Shown here piece by piece: positions 41,454 through 53,910 of a DNA stretch of 64,000 nucleotides (the first letter of the stretch is position 1; each line of letters begins with the position of its first letter). Source of the DNA: Octopus vulgaris (Eukaryota). The position numbers were made by a program, and so were the translations under genes. The DNA lies in NCBI GenBank assembly GCA_951406725.2, contig OX597838.1:868001-932000 (forward strand), given 5' to 3'. The notes under the pieces were generated by a model. It worked only from the letters and a program-made list of their open reading frames with translations, was not told the DNA's origin and searched no databases.

Positions 41454-41943
41454 CATGTGTGTTTCTGTGTCCGGAAATCTCTATGGTTACCTACAACTGA
41501 GGAGAGTGGCTTCTTTTAAATTGATGGCATGTTTTCATTGATCAATTAAATGGAGCCGCTCGAAACGGCCATAATGCATTGATCCCTGGACATCTGTGTT
41601 ACTTATTTTCATATATGTATATCCATATTATGTTTTAAATGAACTTCAATCTTGCTTCCTTGCAATGTTACACAGCCAAACTCGCGCATAATGGGAAAAT
41701 ACAATGAATGAAGTTTCCCCTGAAATGCGAATACAAACGGGATAAAACAAGTTTCGCGTAAATGATGCAAATAAACAAATAAGGCCGTTTGGGCGAGATA
41801 TATAAAACCTACATGTCAATAAAAAGAAACAAAGACTGGAAATACTCTGACGATGAACTTTCATTTATAAACATAATAACGGAGCAGATTTATCGAGAGA
41901 ACGACGGCACAAGAATATATGCTAAGAGATTATAGTATTGCAG

Positions 41944-42079
41944 GTCCGACAGCTGTTTCCGGGGGATCGGAAATATGCAATAATGCTGGCAGATGTAATT
42001 CGCAAAGAGTTAAGGATATGCAACCAGTAGTGGTTGCATATAAGCATTAGGTAAATCTAGCCTCCGTCTTCAGGTGGAC
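41944..42079 (-). ncRNA. Hammerhead ribozyme motif with large structured helix-II insertion
   Basis: Minus strand GTCC-AC-CTGAAGA-CGGAGG...TAATGCT-T-ATATGCAACCA-ctac-TGGTTGCATAT...AGCATTA...CCCCCG-GAAACAGCTGTC-GGAC. Confidence 0.6.
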
Positions 42080-42168
42080 AGACAGGTAACATCTCAAATC
42101 ATAATGCAGGGAAATTTGTTTATTTGCATCACTATCTCTCGCTCCTTCACTCTTTCTCTCACTCTCTC

Positions 42169-42264
<96 letters not shown>

Positions 42265-42429
42265 GGTTCACATACGTTGAGTCCGTTGGTATGTGTCTTA
42301 TGAAGCCATCGGTAAAGAGTCGTTGCTGTATGTCTGGTTAGAGAATGACAGAAGTTGAACTTGTCGACTCTAGACAACCAAGACTCCTCCTACCATACAC
42401 CATGTGACAGTAGTAGACTGTATGATCAC

Positions 42430-42592
42430 ATGACACATGGTACCTATTTACAGCCACATGGACTGAGTCTGACGAGACTGGATAGTTTTCTCATTTTTTT
42501 TTTACCAGAAAGGGAGAATGATACCGCTACAAGTATACGAACTTGTGACCTACCGAGTTACAGTTAAACAACCTGTAAACCTTCAGCTATCA
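42430..42592 (-). mobile_element. Possible old SINE of a third family
   Basis: GGTACCTATTTACAGC...GGACTG central motif and a CGAAC-containing tRNA-head-like end on the minus strand. Confidence 0.35.
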
Positions 42593-43742
42593 CCATTCAC
42601 ATCAACAACAACAACAATAAGAACAACAAGACAGGAATGAAGCTAACAAGGGAGCCTCTAGGTTCCCCCTTGACCTTTAAAGATATAGCAGCCGCACCAC
42701 CCTCAATTCTCGCCCCTGCAATATTAAAGAGAAACGCAATACATATATGAAGACGTAGTCCTAGATACACTGTGTCTGAAAGAAAGAAGGAACAGTCGCA
42801 GTATATTTGGCTCAAGTCACGGATCGACTGGATCAGCTTAACCCGGGGTTAAATACCAATAATAACAACAGCAGCAGCAACAACAACGTGGTCCCTGGAG
42901 ACCGATGCTGTACTCAAGGATTGAACTTTGAATCTTTAGATGTCCATCTAAGAGGGGAAGGGCAGGGAATCTTTTCTTGCTTTGTGTTTAACAAAGCAAA
43001 CAAAACAAAAGCAAAAAAATATAAAATTTGGTTCGAAAGAATACGAGAATAACAGAAATGAGGGATTCTTAGAATGACGGAATCACAAAATTATAGAATC
43101 AATAATTGTTTCCAATGATTGCAGAGATAAGTTCCTAAATTTGGTTCTGTGTTTCGGGGTGGGGGTGGGCTGGCGGGATGAAGGGTTGTGGAGGTGAGGA
43201 GGGGGTGGCAAATAATTGTTGCTGGTGATGGTGGTCGTTGTGGTGGTAATGGTGGTGGTGGTGGTAGTAGAGGTGGTGGTGGCGGTGGTGGTGGTGGTGG
43301 TAGTAGAGGTGGTGGTGGTGGTGGTAGCCAACACTTGTTTCTTGTGGTGAAGGTTGTAGTGGCGGTGGTAGTGCTACTGTTGAGGGTCACAGTAGGTGAG
43401 TAAGGGAGGTGGGTGTGGAGACATCATTGTTAATCCTAAGAGAGGAGGAGGAGGGGAGAAGGAGTGGGAGGAGGAGAAGGAGGAGGAGTCAGTGTTGTCC
43501 ACAACGTAAGTAACAATGGCCATTCTCTACATCATGGTAGAACTGTATTTAACTTTGATTTCATTGGTTAAATTCTTGGTGCAGCGAACCAATCGTTATA
43601 TGTGAACAATGTACGTGTGCGTTTACCAACACACACGTACACATGCACATGTATATATCCACATACACCCGAATGTACATACATACATACATTTAGACTG
43701 ATAGTTACATACATACATATACATAGATACATACATCCATAC

Positions 43743-43828
<86 letters not shown>

Positions 43829-43925
43829 GTACATATATACACACACACATATATATATATATATTAATGCTTAACCGAAGCAACAGGGTGACTCAAGAGC
43901 CAAGAGATTCATAATTATCAAACTA

Positions 43926-43967
<42 letters not shown>

Positions 43968-44029
43968 CATATGTATACACATATATATACACGCATGTAT
44001 ATATGTATGTGTGTATATATACGCACATA

Positions 44030-44143
<114 letters not shown>

Positions 44144-44164
44144 CGCATGTATGTATATGTATTT

Positions 44165-45378
44165 TTTATCTTTCACTGGTTTCATCTCAGGTCTGAGGTC
44201 ATGCTGGTGCACCACCCGTAGTTACTCGGTGTTGTTTCCGATATTGTTTTTGGTGATGTTGGGGGTTGGACGGAGCTTCTCTTCTTTGCGTCTCCAGTCG
44301 CGATGTGGGTTCGTCTGGTATCTCAGATAGAAACCTCTCCATACGTTCCTTGAAAACTTCCACATCAACACCATGTAGATCTCTAAGGTTGCCTGGAAGG
44401 ATGTTCAACAATCGCAGGCCCTTGAAATCCAGACTATTGCAGTACTGTGTCCTTATTTTAAATGGGGAAGTTCGAGGATTGGTTTAGCTGTCGAAATTGG
44501 GGACTAAACCCTCCAAGATCCTCCAAATCATCTCATCTCTCTCTCTCTCGTCTTCTCTCGTCTTCTCTCGTCTTCTCTCGTCTTCTCTCTCGTCTTCTCT
44601 CTCGTCTTCTCTCGTCTTCTCTCGTCTTCTCTCTCGTCTTCTCTATCGTCTTCTCTCTCGTCTTCTCTCCAGGGAAAAGAGACTCAGCTCCTTTAGCTTC
44701 TCCCAGTAGACCATCTTTTGCATCGAGTCAATCTTCTTTGTGTATTGGCGCTGGATTCACACTCTCCGAGGAACATCGTTGGGAGCAGCAGCCCGAGCGG
44801 CTGAGAACGGTGCCATAGGAGTAGCAGGGCTTCCCTTTTCCTGGTTCTGAATGCCCTCAGAATCCATCCAGCCACTCACAGGAAGTGTTGCCATCTTGGT
44901 CACATGCACATTGAATGTTGCATCATTGCTCATGTGAACCCCCAGGTCACGTGCCAACTCTGACTCTGGGATCGTATTGTCTTCTGGTCCAGTGTATTCC
45001 GATTTTAGCCTGGTGTTGGACCAATAGTGGGTGCCTGAAATTTCAATGCATTGAACTGCATGTTATTTATGTTAACCCATTTGTAGATTTAGTTCAGGTC
45101 TTTCTGCAGTTTTTGGATGTCCTCTGGGTTCGTAACTGCCTGCGATACTTTTGTGTCGTCAGCATAACTGGTCAGATTGGCTGACTGTACCGCAGAACGC
45201 ATGTCTGAGAGGACCACGACGAATTGTAGTGGCCTCAATAAGGTCCCTGTGGGACCCCGCTGAGAATTGGTGCCCTTCAGAAAACCATGCAGCCACCTCA
45301 CAGTTTCCCGGTAATACCAAGGTTTCGCAGCTTGTGACATATCATGCCCCATGATCAACCTTGTCGAAAGCCTTGGCA
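44165..45378 (-). mobile_element. CR1-group LINE, 5'-truncated RT + 3' end, internally deleted
   Basis: [79 protein letters not shown]. Confidence 0.92.
44543..44669. repeat. 10-12-bp minisatellite (CTCTCGTCTT) inside the CR1 element
   Basis: About 11 tandem units. Confidence 0.9.
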
Positions 45379-45428
45379 TATATATATATGTATATATGTA
45401 TGTATGTATGTATGTATGTGTGTATGTA

Positions 45429-45466
<38 letters not shown>

Positions 45467-45519
45467 GTATGTATGTATACGACAGACAGACAGACAGACA
45501 GATTGAGAGACAGACAGAC

Positions 45520-45607
<88 letters not shown>

Positions 45608-45659
45608 TCATCCTTCTTCATGGGTCCATTTTAAACACTTTCCAGAAATTGAACCTGCG

Positions 45660-46030
45660 ACAAAGTTAGCAACGCCAGTCTCATGGCGTCTGCCTTCCCA
45701 TGACGTCATCGTTTGATGTCACATGGCATCGGTCACATGACGTTGGTGATCTATGATCAAGAGAGACAGCGAGAAAGAAACCCTTTTCCGTTCGACCGCC
45801 ACAGACTTTACAGACAAATGCCTGTCGCTCTCCCTAAACATGCTTAACTGCTCTTGACTTCTCCTCCCCACCACCAGCGCCACCAGTAGAGGGAGCTGAC
45901 TGTGTTAGGTCACCGTTTGACCTGTATGTGTCGGCCTGACTGACAGTTATTGACCTTCACCAACTGACCGAGTGTCAACGTTGAATCAGCCACGTTGTTG
46001 TATAAACTGTGCCGTCAACGTAGTGAGAGC
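45660..46030. promoter_or_regulatory. Unique island with CRE, E-box/CLEAR-like and CTCF-like motifs
   Basis: ATGACGTCAT 45700-45709, GTCACATGAC 45732-45741, CCAGTAGAGGGAGC 45883-45896, and many TGAC/GTCA words. Confidence 0.45.
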
Positions 46031-46277
46031 CATGTTTGACATCAGAAATAGAAGTGTTTATGTGGGAGGGATGGGGGGTAATTAGCTGGAGGGGGGGGGA
46101 GTTGATAAGGAGATAGATAGGGATAACGGGAGATACATAAATACATATAGACAGCTATATAGAGGGATACAGACAGGCAGACATGTATGCAGACAGGCAG
46201 CAGGCAGGCAGACAGACAGTCAGACAGACAGACAGACAGATAGACAGACAGATAGATAGATAGATAGATAGATAGAT

Positions 46278-46346
<69 letters not shown>

Positions 46347-46621
46347 GTAGATAATGTGTATATGTATGTATATATACAAACACATGTGTAAATATACTGT
46401 ACATGGTACGGCTACCTCGATGAAAGAGAACTCAATACAGGTGTAAAAGGACAGTTTTATTGAGGATATTTGTAGGATATAGTAAGGCACAGTGGTCGGT
46501 AGTTTCATCTATGGCGTATTTTTCCTTAATTTTCTTTATATACGTATATATGTATATACAGAAGTAGTTATGTGTGTATACATATATGAATATATACATT
46601 TATATGTGTGAGTGTGTGCGC

Positions 46622-46830
46622 GTGTGTCTGTGTTAGTCCCCCCCACCATCGCTTGACAACCGATGTTGATGTGTTTACGTCCCTCTAACTTAGCGGTTCG
46701 GCAAAAAATACTGATAGAATAAGTACTAGGCTTACAAAGAATAAGTCCTGGGGGTCGATTTGCTCGACTAAAGGCGGTGCTCCAGCATGGCCGCAGTCAA
46801 GTGACTGAAACAGATAGAAGAATAAAAGAA
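46622..46830 (+). mobile_element. SINE family A, 3' domain
   Basis: CCACCATCGCTTGACAACCGATG...TCCAGCATGGCCGCAGTCAAGTGACTGAAAC. Confidence 0.88.
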
Positions 46831-48384
46831 TATTTATATATACACACACACTCATAACTATATAGAGACAGATATATATACACAGAGGCTCACATTTATG
46901 CCTAGATACATACACACACAATTACATCTACTTACAAACATTACATACTCGCATAACATACACACACACATACAAATACATACGTTGCACACACGTTTGC
47001 ATATATTTAACTATATACACACAAACTCATTTATAGATGTATATGTATGTATGCGTGTGTATACATATACATGCACATACATATACACTTATACACACGA
47101 TTATATACACCCATACAACACATACACCCACCCAATCCATCAGTTATATTCTCAAAACACGCCAAATGATCATCTTCGACGGCCATTTTGTTATCTTTTA
47201 TCATCTCTCCCTCCTCCCTCTCCTCTCCCTCCTCCCTCTCCTCTCCCTCCTCCAACTCCACTGCCTTCTCTTCACCCCTTCTTTTACAACATCCCCTTCA
47301 ACTAACCCCCATCTCTCTCTCTCTCTCTCTCTCTCTCCACACACAACCCTCAAACACATACACAAATTCATACACAAACACACAACGAATACACACACGC
47401 ACATGCACATACATACACATCCACACATACATCCACACAAACACATACACAATAACAACAGTATTAACACACACACACACACACACACACACATAAAAAT
47501 AGACGCTAATGTCCCTCCTCTTGCCACTACTCTCTGTTCGCCTCCCACCATAGTCACGTGTCCAGTGGCCATGTAATGACAGATTCTGACAAATTGGAGG
47601 CCGCAGAGATGTCAGTGTTTGGATTAATTGGATAACTGAGTCAACGGTGGAGGCGGCGGCGGTGACAGCGGTGGCGGCGGCGGCGGTGACAGCGGTGGTG
47701 GTGGTGGTGGTGGTGGTGGTGGTGGTGGTGGTTATCTTTATCGTCGTCGTTGTCAACGTGGTAGAGAGGTGGTAGTGGTGGTGGTGGTAGTGAAAGACAG
47801 ACAGACAGAGAGGATCGCTGGCAGACAGGGTAAGAATGAATGGGTGTTAAAACAGACAGACAGGCAGACTGACAGACAGGTAGACAGACAGACAGACAGA
47901 TTATGAAAAAACATAGAGAGATGTTGAAAGACAGACAAACAGACAGACCGGAATGCAGGGAAGGAGGGAGAGATAGAGAGAGAGAGAGGAGACAGAGAGA
48001 GCGAATAGTGAGAGAAAGAGAGAGGGAACGTGGGGTGGCATCCAATGGCTGTGGAGATGGCAGACAGACAGACAGACAGACAGACAGAAATATAGGGGAG
48101 ACGACACACAGACAGAGCGTTTCAACCTTCCAAAAATGGTAGCTAAATCTCCGCCATATCATTTCCTACCAAAGTGGGGAAGGACTTACTAAGAATAGTC
48201 TTCCTACTTATCACTAAGCAGATGGGGTGGTCACCAGTGGAATGGATTTTAGGTCTGCTCAATCAGAGTTAACAACATATATAAATGTAGTTATTTATTT
48301 TTAAAACTATGTGTATGTGCGTGTGTGTATATATGTGTGCATATGTATCTGAGTGTATGGCTCAGTGTGTCGCCATGATAGATC

Positions 48385-48560
48385 GCTAACCACTAAACCT
48401 TTATTATTTTCACTCCCTGTTTATTTCTATGTTCCATTCTGTCAAAGAGCGTAGGCTCGAAACGTAAAAGACTTTCTTACTTCCCGAGCGTTAAACTAAT
48501 ACATCTGTTTGTTGTTTGCTCACCGGGCTTCCTCTTTTGTTTTTTTCGTAAATTCCCGCC
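48385..48560 (+). mobile_element. Short Penelope pLTR-like repeat with degenerate hammerhead motif
   Basis: AAGAGCGTAGGCTCGAAACGTAAAAGACTTT...CGAGCGTTAAACTAATACATCTGTTT, shared with 27555-27727. Confidence 0.6.
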
Positions 48561-48642
<82 letters not shown>

Positions 48643-48644
48643 CC

Positions 48645-48836
48645 TCGTGTGTACCGTTGTCGATTTCTTTACTCTGTCTTCCCTTCTCTGGATCTTTCCT
48701 TCTCCTATGTTTCCGACGAAGAGCTCCGCTCGAACGTTATACCCGCCTTCTTTCCTTCTTTCCTGAGCGTCCAATAATACTATATTTGTTCCATGTCCAC
48801 CCGTTGTTGTGTTTTTTTGTGCTTTCTTGTTTGGAT

Positions 48837-48840
<4 letters not shown>
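48645..48840 (+). mobile_element. Short Penelope pLTR-like repeat with hammerhead-like motif
   Basis: CCGACGA-A-GAGC-TCC-GCTC-GAACGTT; homologous to 58010-58160. Confidence 0.6.
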
Positions 48841-48886
<46 letters not shown>

Positions 48887-48887
<1 letters not shown>

Positions 48888-49040
48888 GTGGATGTGTGGT
48901 AAGTAGCTTGCTTACCAACCACATGGTTCTAGGTTCAGTCCCACTGCGTGACACCTTGGGCAAGTGTCTTCTACTATAGTCTTAGGCCAACCAAAGCCTT
49001 GTGAGTGGATTTGCTTGACGGAAGCTAAAAGAAGCCCCTC
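48887..49040 (+). mobile_element. SINE family A, 5' half
   Basis: GTGTGGTAAGTAGCTTGCTTACCAACCACATGGTTCTAGGTTCAGTCCCACTGCGTGACACCTTGGGCAAG. Confidence 0.9.
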
Positions 49041-49406
49041 ATGTGTGTGTGTATGTGTGTGACTATTTCGGTGACTATTTCTCTGGTAAAGAAATAATCA
49101 CCGAAACGTCGCATTCCTCTTTTAAGCACGACATGCCAACTTGTCATCTCCTCCAACACACTCTCATTCCCACAGCTAAATAACCCTTTAATCCTTCTTC
49201 CCCACCTCTTTACAAACCCTCCCCACTGCAGAGATCAACCGACACAAGCTTAAACTGATGATTAACCGCATTAATCTAACTGCGATGGGATGAGATAGCA
49301 ACAATACGGACATACAGCTACTCTCTACACACCAATATACAAAACACACACACACAGAGAACTATATAGGTACACATTTGTATATGTGTGTGTGTATGTC
49401 TGTGTA

Positions 49407-49600
49407 TTCTTTTATTTTTTTAGTTGTTTCACTCATTTGACTGCTGCCCTGCTGGAGCACCGCCTTACAGAGTTTTGGCCGCAGAAATCGACCTCAGCAC
49501 TTATACTCATTTGCCGAACCGCTAGATTACGGGGACGTAAACACACCAACATCAGTTGTCAAACGATGGTGGAGAGACAAACACATACATAAAGACACAC
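49407..49600 (-). mobile_element. SINE family A, 3' domain (partner of 50708-50870)
   Basis: Reverse complement of the TTTACGTCCCCGTAA...CTCCAGCA..GCAGTCAAATGAGTGAAAC tail. Confidence 0.85.
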
Positions 49601-49634
49601 ACACACACACATACGCACATAAATAAGAAATACA

Positions 49635-49662
<28 letters not shown>

Positions 49663-49665
<3 letters not shown>

Positions 49666-50697
49666 TGGGTCATCCCATAAATAATGCGGTTTTTCATACT
49701 TCTTTTATTTTTATTTTTTAATCTAAAATATACTCTCCTTCGTTTTCTACAATGCTCTTCCATCTGTCTCGTAGACTTGCAAGGCTCTTCTTCCAAAATT
49801 CACTTGACCGTGACGAAAAATATTCCTCTGCTACTGTTCAGACCTCGTCTACAGAATTCATATATTTTCCGACCAAATGATTTTGAAGACTGTGGAATAA
49901 ATGATAATCAGATGGAGCAATGTCTGGTGAATACGGTGGGTGGGGCATCGTTTCCCATTCAAACTGCTCCAGCTTTTGGAATGTCATCATCCTGATGGTC
50001 CAAAGACGACCAAAGATGGTCATTTTTCTTCTAGCACTGACTTAAGCCGCTCGCAGTAGATCTCCTCCGCTATTGCTTGGTTTGGCTTCAAAACTTCATG
50101 GTAGACTAAACCTTTCATATCCCACCAAACAGATAGCAACACCTTACGTAAGTGAGTACCTTTAGCAAGGGTGCCGGTGTTTCTCCCTTCCCTACGCACT
50201 GTCTTCAGCGCCTGACATGTTTATAGAGAACCCATTTCTCATCACCGGTCACCATTCGGTCCCAAAACGGTTCATTCGTGAGGTGTGACAGCAAAGAAGA
50301 ACACGCATTCACTCTCTGTGCGCGATTAGACGAGGAAAGTTTGTGAGGAAACCATTGAACAATTTCCGGCTCAGAATTTCTGGAACCACGGTTGACGCTG
50401 GCTTCTCCGATCCCCATACACTGCATTAATATTCCTCGCTATTTCTGTTGCGTTGTTGTCTTTGAACTCCTAAAGCAAAATATGCCAAAGGTGCTCCTTT
50501 GTCGCTTCCATTATAGCTTTCAAAAAATAACTGTTGAAATTGTACTGCACTCTTCAAAACTCGCACTAAGAATAAGTACAAAATAAAATTACTACCTGCT
50601 TTTATAACAAGTTGATACCAGTAATTTATACCGTCCCCCTCCGACTTTTAGTTCAGGAAATTGAAAGAAACCGGATTATTTATGGAATGACCCAATA
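49663..50697 (-). mobile_element. Mariner (Mos1/SETMAR-like) transposon relic with both TIRs and TA
   Basis: TATTGGGTCATCCCATAAATAATGCGG / CCGGATTATTTATGGAATGACCCAATA. Translation MEATKEHLWHILL*EF..., DRMVTGDEKWVLY, PHPPYSPDIAPSDYHLFHSLQN. Confidence 0.95.
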
Positions 50698-50707
50698 TAT
50701 ATATATA

Positions 50708-50870
50708 TGACAGGCTTCTTTCGGTTTCCATCTACCAAATTCACCCAAAAGGCTTTGGTCAGCCTGAAACAATATCAGAAGACACTTGCCCAGGTTGCCA
50801 GCTGTGGGACTGAATCCGGAACTATCTGGTCAGGAAGCAAGCCTCTTACGAAACAGGCATGCCTACGCCT
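50708..50870 (-). mobile_element. SINE family A, 5' half
   Basis: GGCTTCTTTCGGTTTCC...AAGACACTTGCCCAGG...GGGACTGAATCCGGAAC. Confidence 0.88.
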
Positions 50871-51468
50871 ATACACACACACACACACACACACACATGT
50901 ATAAGATGCGTACAAATACACACACACGTGTATATCTATATATATATACCAATATCCCCGCACTTCCTGTGAGTTGTCTCATAGAGTCCCCGCCACTCAC
51001 AATCGCAAACATTGTTTATTTCTTCACTCCTAAACATGTTTATATTATCGACATTTCATTAAATTTCACTTTGTGTACACACTCCCTAACAATATATGTG
51101 TGCGTGTGTATGCATGCATGTATGTATTTATGTATGTGTGTATATATGCATGTATGTATGTATGTTTGTATGTATGTATGTATGTATGCATGCATGTATG
51201 TGTGTGTGTATGTATGTATGTATGTATGTATGTATGTATGCTGAGTGTGTGTCTTTGTGTAGCTGGGTGCGCATACAAATGTGACATAAATGAATGCATA
51301 CCACATGCATACACACACAAACATTGGTGTGTGCGTGCGCGCGCGCGCGTGTGTCTGTATATCAACATGTTCATCAGACAGTATTTATTTAATGAAAACT
51401 GCTACATATGCATTAATATATATGTGTATATATATGTATATATATATGTATATATATATATATGTATA

Positions 51469-51534
<66 letters not shown>

Positions 51535-51751
51535 CAAGATGTATATATGTGAGTGGAGGAGTGTATATGTATGTGTATATAAGTGAGTATTTATATATAT
51601 GATTACAATAATCTCCAGTCCAAGATAAGGATCATGCAAGTGCACACTCGTGTGTGTGTGTGACTGAGAGTGTGTGAGTGTATTTCTGCGTGCATGTGTA
51701 TGCATGTATGTATGTTTATATATACATACACGCATATGTGTGTGTGTGTAA

Positions 51752-51785
<34 letters not shown>

Positions 51786-51889
51786 TTACAGGCAGAAGTG
51801 TTAACGCATTTTTCTTTCATGTTTCCCACGAGTGTTAAACAGAAAAAAAAATGCCTTTAAGGGAAAATATTTTAAGTTGTATCTTTAAT

Positions 51890-51981
<92 letters not shown>

Positions 51982-52405
51982 AGGGCTGTGTATATAGTGT
52001 TGAAGTGGTTGAGTGTTAAGTCGGTTAGATAGAATGTCAAGTAATGTTTATTTCGGTTGTCTGCACTCAGAGTTCAATACCCGCTGTCCTCAACATATAC
52101 CTTCCGGAGTCAAAACCTAAAGTAACTGGGTGCTGGAACGGTTGAATGTCAAAGCGTCTCACGTGATGGTTTGTGTAATTTGTTCGTTCTGAGTTTTCTC
52201 TCCAAGCATTAGAAAAAGAAAAAGGAATGTTGTCCTCCAGCAGCCAACAGCAAAAACGGTTGTGGGCTTGAGAAATCCCCCAGGAAGGGGTCAAGTATTT
52301 CAGTTGGTCACGTGCTAGTGATCAAACGACGGAAGCGAATACAAGGGACATTCAAGTTCTGTGCACTCAAAGGACAACACCACGGCTAATACACACACAC
52401 ATACA

Positions 52406-52655
52406 TATCGTTTCTATTATGTTAAACTGTTGTATGTCCAAATTTGGCCAAATGCGTTCTTTTTCCAGTATTTACTTTTGCTTGCAAGAACCGGTTCTTC
52501 TGGTCACAGTATCGTTTCTCCAGCTGCTTTAGATGCCAAGATATCAAAAATTGTCAAAGTCTAATACAACGGTTTTGCAATGGAATGGGGGAACAGTTTT
52601 TTCGTTTACTGAAAAAGCAGCTTTTTGGACTTACGACACTTTTGCATAATAGCAA

Positions 52656-52660
<5 letters not shown>
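52406..52660. mobile_element. MITE copy 2 (inverted relative to 8006-8246)
   Basis: TATCGTTTCTATTATG ... CATAATAGCAACGATA TIRs; internal homology to copy 1. Confidence 0.85.
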
Positions 52661-52735
<75 letters not shown>

Positions 52736-52769
52736 GTATGTATTTTTGTATGTATGTTTGTATGTATAG

Positions 52770-53152
52770 GGGGCGCAGGTGTGGCTGTGTGGTTAGAAGT
52801 TTTCTTCCAAATCACATGGTTCTGGATTCAGTCCCACTACGTGGCACCTTGGACAAGTGTCTTCTACCATAGCTTTTTCAGTGGATTTTGTTGACGAAAA
52901 CTGAAAGAAGCCCGGATTATAAACACGTGTGTGTGTCTTTGTGTCTGTGTTAGCTCTCCATCACCGCTTAGCGAGTGGTGTTGGTGTGTTTACGTCCCCG
53001 TAACTTCGTGGTCCGGCGAAAGAGACCGATAAAACAAGTACTAGGCTTTAAAATATAAGTCCGAGGCTTGATGTGTTCGACTAAAACCCTACAAGATGTT
53101 ACTCCAGCATGGCCGCAGTCAAATGAGTGAAACAAGTAAAGGAATAAAAGAA
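52770..53152 (+). mobile_element. SINE family A, full bipartite copy
   Basis: GGCGCAGGTGTGGCTGTGTGGTTAG head, short (TG)n, 3' domain ending GTAAAGGAATAAAAGAA. Confidence 0.92.
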
Positions 53153-53153
53153 C

Positions 53154-53291
<138 letters not shown>

Positions 53292-53711
53292 TACAAACTT
53301 TGGTTGCAGAACAAGCAATAATTTGAAGGTCATCCACCCGACATATCGCATCTCGATCATTTAATCACATAAAGAAACAAAGGCAAAAAACTTCTTTTAG
53401 ACGCTGAAGTATTAATGTTTGAATTTTTTATATTGCGATAGACTGGACTCAGTTTTTTGTTATATGCTTGTCTAAATGAAATGTTGTTCCATCTGTGATT
53501 TTGTGCATCCGTATTAAATGTGTAAGAAAAAAAGCATTCTGTTTCTTTGTATGGGATTAAATGTTGGAGATGTGATAAGTGGATGGCCTTAAGTTTGTTG
53601 TTTGGTCTACAACCAAAGTTTGTTAAACTCGTCTCATTTACTCGAGCACTTCTCTTGCAGTCCTTTTAACCCTCTTGTTCCTAATAAGAAACAATCACTA
53701 TTATTATTGAT

Positions 53712-53789
<78 letters not shown>

Positions 53790-53802
53790 AAATAATAGAT
53801 AT

Positions 53803-53910
<108 letters not shown>

